Assembly: GCA_045537695.1 (NCBI GenBank) | Contig: JAZSQB010000046.1 | Coordinates: 40,268-104,267 of the forward strand | DNA length: 64,000 nucleotides | DNA from: Clostridia bacterium | GTDB taxonomy: Bacteria; Bacillota; Clostridia; UBA1381; UMGS1253 | Direction: 5' to 3' | In this document: in pieces, positions 9,834 to 18,964 of the stretch | Layout of the letters: the number at the start of each line of letters is the position of its first letter | Position numbering within the stretch: the stretch's first letter is position 1 | Notes under the pieces: generated by a model | Told to the model about the DNA's origin: nothing | Database searches by the model: none | Seen by the model: only the letters and a program-made list of their open reading frames with translations | Translations under genes and position numbers: made by a program

Positions 9834-11030
9834 ATGGCGATTTTTAACAAAGCAAATATTCTTCTGCCGAAAGCGGCGGATTATCAGAAATGGGGCGTTG
9901 TTGCCTGTGACCAGTATACGTCCGAAAAGGAATACTGGGACAGAGTGAAAACGTATGTTGGAGACGCGCCGTCAACATTTAATCTTGTATATCCGGAAGC
10001 GTACTTGAGCGAGGGCGATGCCTACATCGACCGCATCAACGCGCATATGGCAAAATATATCGAAGAAGATATTTTAAAAGAGCATAAAAATGTGTATATC
10101 TACATAGAAAGAACGCTTTCCGGCGGCAGAGTGCGCCGCGGTTTAATCGGCGCGGTGGACTTGGAAGCCTATGATTTTTCCAAGGGTTCGAAGAGCGCCA
10201 TCCGCGCAACGGAAGGCACAGTAGCAGAGCGTATCCCGCCGCGCGTGAAAATCCGCAAGGATGCGCCGCTCGAATTGCCGCACGCTATTCTGCTGATGGA
10301 TGATAAGAAAAACGAAGTTATCCCGATGTCCTGCGATAACGCACCGGTTTACGATTTTGAAATGATGGAAAACGGCGGCCATATTAAGGGATATGTTATC
10401 GATGGCGCAGCTGCTGATGCAATTTCTGTAAAGTTTGAAACGTACGCAAAAGATGTAAACGACGGTCTCGTATTTGCGGTGGGTGACGGTAACCATTCTC
10501 TGGCAACAGCAAAGACCTGCTGGGAGAATTTAAAACAGAACCTTTCTGCCACGGAGCGGGAAAACCATCCGGCGCGTTATTGTTTGGTGGAAATCGAAAA
10601 TCTCTATGATGCTGCATTGGAGTTTGAACCGATTCACAGAGTGCTCTTTGATGTAGACCCGGCAGAGGTGCTTGCAAGCCTTGAGAAGTTTTCTTCTGAG
10701 GGCACGGGCAAGAATACCCATACCGTAACCTATGTGTATAACGGCGTGGAAGGCGAAATTGAAATCAAAAATGCGGACAGCAATATTGCCGTCGGCGCCG
10801 TACAGAGCTTTATCGACAAGATGGGCTATGCAGCAGATTATATCCACGGCGATGACACCACAAAGCGCCTCGCAAGTGCAGATAAAGCGTTTGGATTTAT
10901 TTTGGATGCGATGGAAAAAGAATCCCTCTTTACAACCGTTATCAAAGATGGCGCCCTCCCGCGAAAAACTTTCTCTATGGGTGAAGCGCACGAAAAGAGA
11001 TTTTATATTGAAGCAAAATTAATTAAATAA
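9834..11030 (+). CDS. DUF1015-like protein of unknown function
   Basis: 398 aa. The VVACDQYTS...YPEAYL...AVGDGNHS pattern resembles DUF1015 family members from memory. No function can be inferred. Confidence 0.55.
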   Translation: MAIFNKANILLPKAADYQKWGVVACDQYTSEKEYWDRVKTYVGDAPSTFNLVYPEAYLSEGDAYIDRINAHMAKYIEEDILKEHKNVYIYIERTLSGGRVRRGLIGAVDLEAYDFSKGSKSAIRATEGTVAERIPPRVKIRKDAPLELPHAILLMDDKKNEVIPMSCDNAPVYDFEMMENGGHIKGYVIDGAAADAISVKFETYAKDVNDGLVFAVGDGNHSLATAKTCWENLKQNLSATERENHPARYCLVEIENLYDAALEFEPIHRVLFDVDPAEVLASLEKFSSEGTGKNTHTVTYVYNGVEGEIEIKNADSNIAVGAVQSFIDKMGYAADYIHGDDTTKRLASADKAFGFILDAMEKESLFTTVIKDGALPRKTFSMGEAHEKRFYIEAKLIK

Positions 11031-11038
11031 TTTATGTG

Positions 11039-11070
11039 AAAGAGCCGCATAATATATGTGCGGCTCTTTT
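11039..11070 (+). terminator. Rho-independent terminator
   Basis: AGAGCCGCA pairs with TGCGGCTCT, followed by TTTT. Confidence 0.8.
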
Positions 11071-11102
11071 AAACAAAAAATTCAAAAATTTTCAAAAAAT
11101 GC

Positions 11103-11131
11103 TTGACTTTTAGAAAAAATGGGTTTATAAT
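11103..11131 (+). promoter_or_regulatory. Sigma-A promoter for tRNA-Gln
   Basis: TTGACT (11103-11108), a 17 nt spacer, then TATAAT (11126-11131). Confidence 0.7.
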
Positions 11132-11165
11132 TTTATTTGTTCGTTTGAGAACACGAATTAAATAA

Positions 11166-11239
11166 TGCGGAATTGTGTAAAGGTAGCACGAGTGACTCTG
11201 ACTCACTTTGTCTGGGTTCGAATCCTAGTTCCGCAGCCA
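11166..11239 (+). tRNA. tRNA-Gln (anticodon CTG)
   Basis: A cloverleaf can be folded by hand: acceptor TGCGGAA/TTCCGCA (U1-A72), anticodon stem AGTGA/TCACT with loop CTCTGAC, T arm CTGGG-TTCGAAT-CCTAG, discriminator G and an encoded CCA. Confidence 0.9.
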
Positions 11240-11240
11240 A

Positions 11241-11275
11241 AAATCGACATTCTTCGATAGAGGAGTGTCGATTTT
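11241..11275 (+). terminator. Rho-independent terminator after tRNA-Gln
   Basis: AAATCGACA pairs with TGTCGATTT and ends in a T run. Confidence 0.7.
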
Positions 11276-11346
11276 ACTTATACCTATTCACTTAAATAGA
11301 AATGTCGTTTTTGGGAAGTAATAAGTAATAGTGCGTAAGGAAAATG

Positions 11347-11375
11347 TTTACAAATCTATATAAGCGTGGTATACT
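11347..11375 (+). promoter_or_regulatory. Sigma-A-type promoter upstream of typA
   Basis: TTTACA, a 17 nt spacer, then TATACT. Confidence 0.5.
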
Positions 11376-11413
11376 GTTTACGTTTAAAATGAATTCATTA
11401 TAGATTGGAAGTT

Positions 11414-13240
11414 ATGAGATTGGTAAGAGAAGATTTAAGAAACATTGCGATTATTGCTCACGTTGACCACGGTAAGACTACTCTGGTGGACGAGCTTTTA
11501 AAGCAGGGCGGTGTGTACAGAGAAAATCAGGTGGTAGAAGACCGCGTTATGGATAACAACGCTTTAGAGCGTGAGCGCGGTATCACGATTTTGTCTAAAA
11601 ATGCATCTGTCCATTACAAAGACAAGAAAATCAATATTATTGATACACCGGGACATGCAGACTTCGGTGGCGAGATAGAGCGTGTGCTCAAAATGGTAAA
11701 TGGTGTAATTTTGTTGGTAGATGCAGCGGAAGGGCCGATGCCGCAGACAAGATTTGTGCTTTCCAAGGCGCTTGAGCTTGGACTGAAAATCATTATTGTT
11801 GTCAACAAGATTGACCGACCGGATGCCAGACTCGGCGAGGTCGGTGATGAGGTGCTTGAACTTTTATTAGAGCTTGATGCAACAGATGAGCAGCTCGACA
11901 GCCCGATTATTTACTGTTCCGGCAGAGATGGTACGGCTTCGAAATCCCCGAACAAGCAGGGCGAGGATTTAACGGTATTGTTTGAGACAATTGTGGATTA
12001 TATTCCGGGTCCGAGCGGCAATGAAAACAGCGAGCTGCAGCTTTTGATTTCGACGATTGATTACAGTGAATATGTCGGTCGTATGGGTATTGGCAGAGTG
12101 GAACGCGGTACGATTAAGGTAAATCAGGAAGTTTGCGTTTGTGACTATCACGATAAGGAGCTGACAAAGCGCGGTAAAATCGCAACGCTGTATCAGATTG
12201 ATGGTACAGGCAGAAAACAGGTGGAGAGTGCAACCGTCGGCGATATTATTTGCTTTTCCGGCGTGGAGGATATTACCATCGGCAATACGATTACGGCACC
12301 GGATTGCAAAGAGCCGATTCAGTTTGTGAAAATTGGCGAGCCGACCGTGGAAATGACTTTTTCGGTCAATGATAGCCCGTTTGCCGGTCGAGATGGTAAA
12401 TTTGTCACCTCGCGTCAGCTGCGCGACAGATTATACAGAGAGCTTTTAAAGGACGTATCCTTGCGCGTAAAGGATGGTGAAACGACGGATTCATTTATCG
12501 TTTCAGGCAGAGGCGAAATGCATTTGTCTATTTTAATAGAAACTATGCGCCGCGAAGGCTATGAATTCGCAGTCAGCACGCCGCGTGTATTGCTTAAAGA
12601 GATTGACGGTAAAATTCACGAGCCGATTGAGCGCCTTCTGGTCGATGTGCCGGAGGAATGTGTCGGTTCTGTTATGGAAAAGATGGGCTCGCGCAAAGGT
12701 GAGTTGCAGCATATGTCGCCGATCGGCACAAGAATGCGCATAGAATACCTGATTCCGGCGCGCGGTCTGTTTGGTTACCGCAGTGAGTTTATGACAGATA
12801 CGCGCGGTGAGGGTATCTTAAATACTGTATTTTACGGTTATCAGCCGCACAAGGGCGAGATTACCAGACGCTTCACCGGCTCGTTGATTGCATATGAAAC
12901 CGGTGAAGCGGTAACGTACGGCTTATTTAATGCCCAGGGCAGGGGCGCACTCTTTATTGGCGCGGGTGAGCCGGTATATGAAGGGATGGTGGTTGGTGCA
13001 TCCCCGAAGCTTGAGGATATCAGTGTGAATGTCTGCAAGAAAAAGCAGCTGACCAACACACGTGCTTCCGGCAGTGATGACGCACTTAAGCTTACACCGC
13101 CGAAAAACTTGAGTCTGGAAGAAGCAATCGAATTTTTAGGCGAAGATGAGCTTTTGGAGGTTACGCCGCTGAAGTATAGAATCAGGAAGCGTATTTTGAA
13201 TACAACGCTGCGCCTGAAAGCACAAAGTCGCGCAAAATAA
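11414..13240 (+). CDS. typA: Translational GTPase TypA/BipA
   Basis: MRLVREDLRNIAIIAHVDHGKTTLVD, DTPGHADFGGE and NKID G-motifs, with BipA-like length. ATG 11414 is preferred by N-terminal alignment; TTG 11405 is an alternative. Confidence 0.93.
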   Translation: MRLVREDLRNIAIIAHVDHGKTTLVDELLKQGGVYRENQVVEDRVMDNNALERERGITILSKNASVHYKDKKINIIDTPGHADFGGEIERVLKMVNGVILLVDAAEGPMPQTRFVLSKALELGLKIIIVVNKIDRPDARLGEVGDEVLELLLELDATDEQLDSPIIYCSGRDGTASKSPNKQGEDLTVLFETIVDYIPGPSGNENSELQLLISTIDYSEYVGRMGIGRVERGTIKVNQEVCVCDYHDKELTKRGKIATLYQIDGTGRKQVESATVGDIICFSGVEDITIGNTITAPDCKEPIQFVKIGEPTVEMTFSVNDSPFAGRDGKFVTSRQLRDRLYRELLKDVSLRVKDGETTDSFIVSGRGEMHLSILIETMRREGYEFAVSTPRVLLKEIDGKIHEPIERLLVDVPEECVGSVMEKMGSRKGELQHMSPIGTRMRIEYLIPARGLFGYRSEFMTDTRGEGILNTVFYGYQPHKGEITRRFTGSLIAYETGEAVTYGLFNAQGRGALFIGAGEPVYEGMVVGASPKLEDISVNVCKKKQLTNTRASGSDDALKLTPPKNLSLEEAIEFLGEDELLEVTPLKYRIRKRILNTTLRLKAQSRAK

Positions 13241-13302
13241 CGTATGAACGAATGAAAGTGCACATAAACATACTAACGTAAATTATTTGCGGAGGTGTGC
13301 GT

Positions 13303-14169
13303 ATGTGTGCTTTTTTTGTGCTACGGCGTAAACATCTGATTGCGTTTGGTGCTCTGCTGGTGTTTGTTGTTTTTATGTGTAGCTTATCGGTAGCGGTATG
13401 TGTGCAAAGTGATGCGCTGCAGCCAAGTGCCGTGCGCGTACCGATTCTTATGTATCACAGTATATTAAAAGACCCTGCTGCAGCCGGCGATTATGTAATC
13501 TCGCCGGAAGTGTTGGAGGCGGATTTGCGTTATTTGAAAAACAACGGATATACAACTGTTTTAAGCAGGGATTTGTATGCGTACGTGACGGAAGGGAAGA
13601 GATTGCCCGAAAAACCGGTTGTCATCACCTTTGATGACGGGCACGCCAATAATCTTTTGTATGCGTTGCCGATTTTAGAAAAGCTGGATATGTGCGCTGT
13701 CATCAGCATTGTAGGAAAATACAGCGAGCAATACTCTGCATCAGATGACCATCATCCAAGCTATGCCTATCTTTCTTGGTCGGAAATCAATGCATTATTG
13801 GAAAGTGGGCGCATTGAGATTGCAAATCACAGCTATGATATGCACGAACAGTTAACGCGAAAAGGCACAATGAAAAAAGCAGACGAAACACAGGAAACAT
13901 ATACGCAGCGGTTAAAATTAGATTTAAATGAAACGCAGAGATTATTAAATGAAAACTGCCATACAACCCCCATTGCCTTTACATATCCGTTTGGCGCGGT
14001 GTGCTACGATTCTATAGAGACGGTAAAAGAAATTGGATTTTGCGTGACTTATGGCTGCGCGGAGCAGGTGAATTATATCTCCGACGCCGCATCTTTGTAC
14101 TGTTTAGGGCGTTTTAACCGCCCAAGTGGCATTGCAACGGAGAAGTTTATGCAACGGATTGAAAAATAG
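13303..14169 (+). CDS. Polysaccharide deacetylase family protein (membrane-anchored NodB domain)
   Basis: An N-terminal TM helix is followed by PILMYHSI and VVITFDDG motifs. GGAGG lies 7 nt before ATG 13303. Confidence 0.8.
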   Translation: MCAFFVLRRKHLIAFGALLVFVVFMCSLSVAVCVQSDALQPSAVRVPILMYHSILKDPAAAGDYVISPEVLEADLRYLKNNGYTTVLSRDLYAYVTEGKRLPEKPVVITFDDGHANNLLYALPILEKLDMCAVISIVGKYSEQYSASDDHHPSYAYLSWSEINALLESGRIEIANHSYDMHEQLTRKGTMKKADETQETYTQRLKLDLNETQRLLNENCHTTPIAFTYPFGAVCYDSIETVKEIGFCVTYGCAEQVNYISDAASLYCLGRFNRPSGIATEKFMQRIEK

Positions 14170-14181
14170 TGTTAAATTGTA

Positions 14182-14240
14182 TTGACACGCTAAAAAAGAT
14201 TTTGTATAATAAACATATGAATGTTTGTTCATATGTTTAT
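14182..14240 (+). promoter_or_regulatory. Promoter plus ArsR/SmtB-type operator
   Basis: TTGACA (14182-14187), a 17 nt spacer, then TATAAT (14205-14210). The promoter overlaps a perfect 13-6-13 inverted repeat, ATAAACATATGAA-TGTTTG-TTCATATGTTTAT (14209-14240). Confidence 0.75.
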
Positions 14241-14254
14241 TTGGAGGAAAAGAA

Positions 14255-14611
14255 ATGGAGAAAGAAATTCAAATGTGCTGTGACGGACAGGTGCACGAAA
14301 ACCTGGTACAGCGGGTTTATTTGCAAATGCCGCCAGAAGAGCTTTTGTATGACCTTGCAGAGCTTTACAAGGTGTTTGGTGATTCGACGCGTATTAAGAT
14401 TTTGTATGCGCTTTTTGAGAGTGAAATGTGCGTTTGCGATATCGCGGAGCTTTTGCATATGACGCAGAGTGCAATATCGCATCAACTGCGTGTATTGAAA
14501 AGTGCGCAGCTTATAAAATACCGGAAAGAGGGTAAACAGGTCATTTACGCATTGGCGGACGGACACGTACGCACTATTTTAGGTGAAGGTATGGAACATA
14601 TAGAGGAGTAA
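14255..14611 (+). CDS. ArsR/SmtB-family metal-sensing repressor, CadC-like
   Basis: The winged HTH reads STRIKILYAL...CVCDIAELLHMTQSAISHQLRVLK and N-terminal cysteines are present (MCCDG). The CVC motif in helix alpha-3 plus N-terminal Cys gives a CadC-like alpha3N site. The start was moved to ATG 14255 behind GGAGG. Confidence 0.85.
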   Translation: MEKEIQMCCDGQVHENLVQRVYLQMPPEELLYDLAELYKVFGDSTRIKILYALFESEMCVCDIAELLHMTQSAISHQLRVLKSAQLIKYRKEGKQVIYALADGHVRTILGEGMEHIEE

Positions 14612-14616
14612 GTATT

Positions 14617-14847
14617 ATGATTGTCAGAGGAAAAATTGAAAATTTATGCTGCGGAAACTGTGCGGCAAAGATGCAGGATAAAATCGCCAAACTGGACGGC
14701 GTTTTGGAAGTAAAAATTAGCTTTATTACGCAAAAAATCATTTTGGATGTGCAGGATGGTAATTTTGAAAATTTACTTGCGGAAGTAGAAAAAATCATTC
14801 GTAAAATTGAGCCGGACTGCAAGGTGAAATTTGAGGCTGGCGTATGA
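14617..14847 (+). CDS. Stand-alone heavy-metal-associated (HMA-like) domain protein
   Basis: 76 aa. KIENLCCGNCAAKMQDKIAKLDGV has a ferredoxin-like HMA pattern with a CxxC motif. Its stop overlaps the next ATG (ATGA at 14844-14847). Confidence 0.7.
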   Translation: MIVRGKIENLCCGNCAAKMQDKIAKLDGVLEVKISFITQKIILDVQDGNFENLLAEVEKIIRKIEPDCKVKFEAGV

Positions 14848-16664
14848 CAAGGGAAAACAAGATTACAATATATAAAATAGCCGTCGCTGCTATCCTGTAT
14901 GTGTTGTCCCTGTTGATGAAAAACGGACTGCCGGTTGCAGTGGCTGCTTATATAGTTGTTGGCTACGATGTGTTATACAGGGCGCTTAAAAAACTGCTGT
15001 GTGGGCACGCAATGGATGAAAACTTTTTGATGAGTATCGCTTCTGTCGGGGCATTTTGTATCGGAGAAGTTCATGAAGGTATATTTGTCATACTGTTTTA
15101 TAAAGTAGGGCAGCTCTTTGAAGAAATGGCTGTAGTGCGGTCGCGGCGTTCCATTACAGCACTACTTGAAAAAATGCCGGAAAAGGTCTGCGTTTTAAGA
15201 GATGGTGCAGAAGTTGTAATGGAGCCGGATATGGTGAAGGTCGGAGATGAAATTATTATTCGTCCAGGGGAACGTGTGGCGGTGGATGGCGTGATTTTGG
15301 ATGGCTTTGCGGCAATGGATACTGCATCGCTTACCGGCGAGAGTGCACCACGCGAATATGGCATTGGAGATGAAGTTGTAAGCGGATTTATCAATTTAAA
15401 CGGACACGTTCGTGTTCGGGCAACGAAAATTTTTGAGGATTCTACAGCATATAAGATTTTGGAGCTTGTGGAAAATGCAACATTGCATAAGGCAAAAACG
15501 GAGAATTTTATTACAAAGTTTGCGGCTGTGTATACGCCGATTGTTGTTGCTTTGGCGGCAGGAATTGCGATATTACCACCTTTGTTTGTCGGTATGGACA
15601 GTTTTACCGTCTGGCTGCACCGTGCATTTGTCTTTTTAGTGGTTTCCTGTCCTTGTGCACTGGTTATTTCTGTGCCGCTCGGCTTTTTTGGCGGCATAGG
15701 AAAAGCGTCGCGCTCAGGTATTCTGATAAAGGGTAGTAACTATTTAGAAATCCTATCTCGCGTTCGGGCGGTTGCATTTGATAAAACCGGAACACTCACA
15801 ACAGGGCAGTTTCATATCGCTAAAGTGGAGACGAACGGCTGGGAAAAAGATGCTTTTATGCAAATGGTTACCACCGTTGAACATAACAGCAAGCACGCGC
15901 TTGCAGTAGCAATTTGTTCGGGTGAGGATAATAGCGAAAAAAATGTCACGGAATTTGAAGAAATTTCCGGCTTGGGTATTCGCGCTGTTTATGATGGGCA
16001 TGCGGTGCTTTGCGGCAGCCGTCGCTTTATGGAAAATCAAGAGATACGGGACTTACCCAAGGCAGTAGAATCTACTTGTGTTTATGTTGCAGTGGATGGT
16101 ACGTATGCCGGCAGAATCCTGCTGGAGGATACATTGCGACCGGAGGCAATATGCAGCGTAGAAGCACTTAGAAAGCATGGTGTACAGCAAATTGTACTGT
16201 TGACCGGAGACACTGCTGATAATGCGCAGAAAGTGGAAGCTGCGCTCGGTTTGGATGCGGTTTATACTGAACTTTTGCCGCAGGATAAGGTTTTGAAGAT
16301 GGGTGAATATGCAAGCAAAGGTGCGGTTGCATTTGTGGGCGACGGCATCAATGATGCGCCGGTGCTTGCAAGTGCTGATATAGGTATTGCGATGGGCGCG
16401 TTTGGGTCGGATGTGGCGATTGAAACGGCGGATGTGGTTTTGCTCAAGGATTCGGTGTGTGGTGTTGTGGATGTGCTGAAAATCAGTAAACAGACGATGC
16501 GGATTGTCAAGCAAAATATTTTATTTGCACTGACGGTGAAGTTTTTAATTTTGTTGTTTGGTGCCTTAGGCATAGCCGGTATGTGGGCTGCAGTATTTGC
16601 CGATGTCGGTGTTTCTGTTTTGGCGATTTTAAATGCAATGCGCTTGATGTTTACAGACAAATGA
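14844..16664 (+). CDS. Heavy-metal-translocating P1B-type ATPase (Cd/Zn/Co-type), lacking a fused N-terminal HMA domain
   Basis: TGES, SCPCAL (CPC), DKTGTLT and GDGINDAP motifs are all present. GAGG lies 7 nt upstream. Confidence 0.9.
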   Translation: MTRENKITIYKIAVAAILYVLSLLMKNGLPVAVAAYIVVGYDVLYRALKKLLCGHAMDENFLMSIASVGAFCIGEVHEGIFVILFYKVGQLFEEMAVVRSRRSITALLEKMPEKVCVLRDGAEVVMEPDMVKVGDEIIIRPGERVAVDGVILDGFAAMDTASLTGESAPREYGIGDEVVSGFINLNGHVRVRATKIFEDSTAYKILELVENATLHKAKTENFITKFAAVYTPIVVALAAGIAILPPLFVGMDSFTVWLHRAFVFLVVSCPCALVISVPLGFFGGIGKASRSGILIKGSNYLEILSRVRAVAFDKTGTLTTGQFHIAKVETNGWEKDAFMQMVTTVEHNSKHALAVAICSGEDNSEKNVTEFEEISGLGIRAVYDGHAVLCGSRRFMENQEIRDLPKAVESTCVYVAVDGTYAGRILLEDTLRPEAICSVEALRKHGVQQIVLLTGDTADNAQKVEAALGLDAVYTELLPQDKVLKMGEYASKGAVAFVGDGINDAPVLASADIGIAMGAFGSDVAIETADVVLLKDSVCGVVDVLKISKQTMRIVKQNILFALTVKFLILLFGALGIAGMWAAVFADVGVSVLAILNAMRLMFTDK

Positions 16665-16680
16665 TAAAGTGGGTGATAGT

Positions 16681-18909
16681 ATGAGAGAACGTTTTTCGGT
16701 TACGGGAATGGAGTGTGCTGCTTGCAGCGCGCATGTTGAAAAGTGCGTGCGCAGATTAGATGGCGTATATGATGTAAGCGTCAATTTGCTGCGCGGTGTT
16801 ATGACGGTCGATTACGACGAAAAAAAGATAAAAATTGATGCGATTGTACAGGCGGTTATCCTTGGCGGTTTTGGCGCGACAGTTTATGAAGAAGGCACAA
16901 AACGCGAAAACGAAGCAGACGCACATGTAACTGCCTTGAAAAAACAGTTTGCGTTTTCGTTGATTTTTATGTTGCCGCTTATGTATGTTGCGATGGCGCA
17001 TATGATGGGCCTGCCGCTACCGCGTGTGCTTACAGGTATTTATAATGTATTGGCGCAGATTCTGCTTTTAATACCGATTTTAATTTTGAACAGACATTAT
17101 TTCATTTCCGGCTTTGGAAAATTGTTTAAAGGTGCACCGGATATGAATTCATTGATTGCCATTGGAAGCTCAGCTTCGGTAGTGTATGGTTTTGTGGCGA
17201 CATATTTTATTTTCAAAGGCAGTGTAAACGGAGATATGGCATTGGTTCAAGGCTATATGCATAACTTGTACTTTGAATCTGCGGCGATGATTTTGACGTT
17301 GATTACACTCGGTAAATTTTTAGAGGGGCGCTCGAAACGAAAGACCAGTGAAGCGGTGGAAAAGTTGATGGACTTAACACCGACTACCGGCATCGTTTTG
17401 GTAGACGGTAAAGAAGTAGAGGTAGATGTGGATGATATCTCTGCAGGCGATATTTTGGTTTTAAAAGCCGGACAAACTGCGCCGGTGGACGGTGAAATCA
17501 TTTATGGAAACGGTGCATTTGATGAGGCAAGTGTGACCGGCGAAAGTATGCCGGTGGAAAAAGGTATAGGCGAACTGGTGGTTTCCGCAACCTCGCTTGT
17601 CAGCGGCTATGTACATTTCCGCGTAACGAAGGTTGGCGAAGAAACTACGGTGGCAAAAATTATTACCTTGGTGGAACACGCGGTGTCTACGAAGGCGCCG
17701 GTTGCGCGATTGGCGGACAAGGTCAGCGGCATCTTTGTACCCGTAGTTATCGGCATTTCAGTTTTCACTTGCATTGTTTGGCTGTTGCTTGGCTATGAAG
17801 TGCAGCATGCATTTTCTTGTGCGGTATCCGTGCTTGTTATTTCCTGTCCTTGTGCGCTTGGATTAGCTACGCCGGTTGCGATTATGGCGGGCGTTGGCAG
17901 AGGAGCGCAAAACGGCGTTTTGGTCAAAAGTGCACAAGCGCTGGAGCTTTTGAGCGGTGTGCGTGCGATTGCACTCGATAAAACCGGCACACTGACAAAA
18001 GGCAAGCCGGAAGTCGTAAAAATCCTTGCGCAGGATGAAGATACGCTTCTACGTATTGCTGCATCTGCGGAAAAAATGTCATCCCACCCATTAGCAATGG
18101 CAGTTGTGCATCGTGCTGTAGAAAAGTCTATAGAACTGTATACAACAACAGATTTTGAAAATGTGGACGGGCAGGGAATTCGTGCTGTTGTCGATGGTAA
18201 ATTATTGGTCGGCGGCAATCGAAAATTCGTATCGTCTGTTTGTAAGATAGAATTGGAAAGTATTGCGCAGGCGGATGCATTGGAAAATGAGGGAAATACC
18301 TGCTTATTCTTTGCTTATGATGCGGAATTTTTAGGCATTATTGCCGTAAATGATACATTAAAGCCGGACAGTAAGGATGCGGTTTCTGCACTCCAGCAGT
18401 TTGGATGCCATGTTGTAATGCTGACGGGGGATAGTGGGGTTGCCGGCAGCGCAATGCAAAAGCGTGTTGGTATTCAGGAGGCGGTATGTGAGGTGCTTCC
18501 GGCGGAAAAAGAAAGGCACATTCGCAAAATTCACGAAAAATATGGCACAACGGTTATGGTCGGTGATGGTATTAACGATGCGCCTGCACTTGCGGCGGCG
18601 GATGTTGGGGTTGCCATTGGTGCTGGTACGGATGTTGCCATTGCTTCAGCGGATATTGTTCTGATGAAGAATTCGCTGATGGAGCTTGTGTATGCGATTC
18701 GTTTAAGCAAGGCTGTTGTTAAAAATATCCGTCTCAACTTATTTTGGGCATTTTTCTACAATGCAATTGGTATTCCGTTGGCGGCAGGGGCACTGTTCAT
18801 CCCGTTCGGGCTATTGCTTAATCCGATGATTGCATCGGCTGCAATGAGTATGAGTTCCGTATGCGTAGTAACGAATGCTTTGCGTCTGCGTTATTTTAAA
18901 ATGCGCTAA
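16681..18909 (+). CDS. copA: Copper-translocating P1B-type ATPase
   Basis: An N-terminal HMA domain (GMECAACSAHVE) is followed by TGES, SCPCALGLATP, DKTGTLT, HP (SSHPLA) and GDGINDAP motifs. GTG 16669 is an alternative start. Confidence 0.9.
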   Translation: MRERFSVTGMECAACSAHVEKCVRRLDGVYDVSVNLLRGVMTVDYDEKKIKIDAIVQAVILGGFGATVYEEGTKRENEADAHVTALKKQFAFSLIFMLPLMYVAMAHMMGLPLPRVLTGIYNVLAQILLLIPILILNRHYFISGFGKLFKGAPDMNSLIAIGSSASVVYGFVATYFIFKGSVNGDMALVQGYMHNLYFESAAMILTLITLGKFLEGRSKRKTSEAVEKLMDLTPTTGIVLVDGKEVEVDVDDISAGDILVLKAGQTAPVDGEIIYGNGAFDEASVTGESMPVEKGIGELVVSATSLVSGYVHFRVTKVGEETTVAKIITLVEHAVSTKAPVARLADKVSGIFVPVVIGISVFTCIVWLLLGYEVQHAFSCAVSVLVISCPCALGLATPVAIMAGVGRGAQNGVLVKSAQALELLSGVRAIALDKTGTLTKGKPEVVKILAQDEDTLLRIAASAEKMSSHPLAMAVVHRAVEKSIELYTTTDFENVDGQGIRAVVDGKLLVGGNRKFVSSVCKIELESIAQADALENEGNTCLFFAYDAEFLGIIAVNDTLKPDSKDAVSALQQFGCHVVMLTGDSGVAGSAMQKRVGIQEAVCEVLPAEKERHIRKIHEKYGTTVMVGDGINDAPALAAADVGVAIGAGTDVAIASADIVLMKNSLMELVYAIRLSKAVVKNIRLNLFWAFFYNAIGIPLAAGALFIPFGLLLNPMIASAAMSMSSVCVVTNALRLRYFKMR

Positions 18910-18964
18910 ATGTATTGCACTTTATATGTAATTGTGTTATAGTTATATCTATGAGGTGAATGAT

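Noticed and set aside
10143-10991. Several 67-153 aa antisense ORFs inside the DUF1015 gene. Similar long antisense ORFs occur in the ATPases (15098-15697, 17793-18218), ligA (20426-20899), trpB (29605-30087), dusB (32985-33848), guaB (34363-34785, 35054-35512) and clpX (50564-51097).
   Set aside because: They are typical shadow ORFs opposite strongly conserved genes. Their composition is Ser/Thr/Pro/Arg-rich or low-complexity, and they have no RBS and no recognisable domains.
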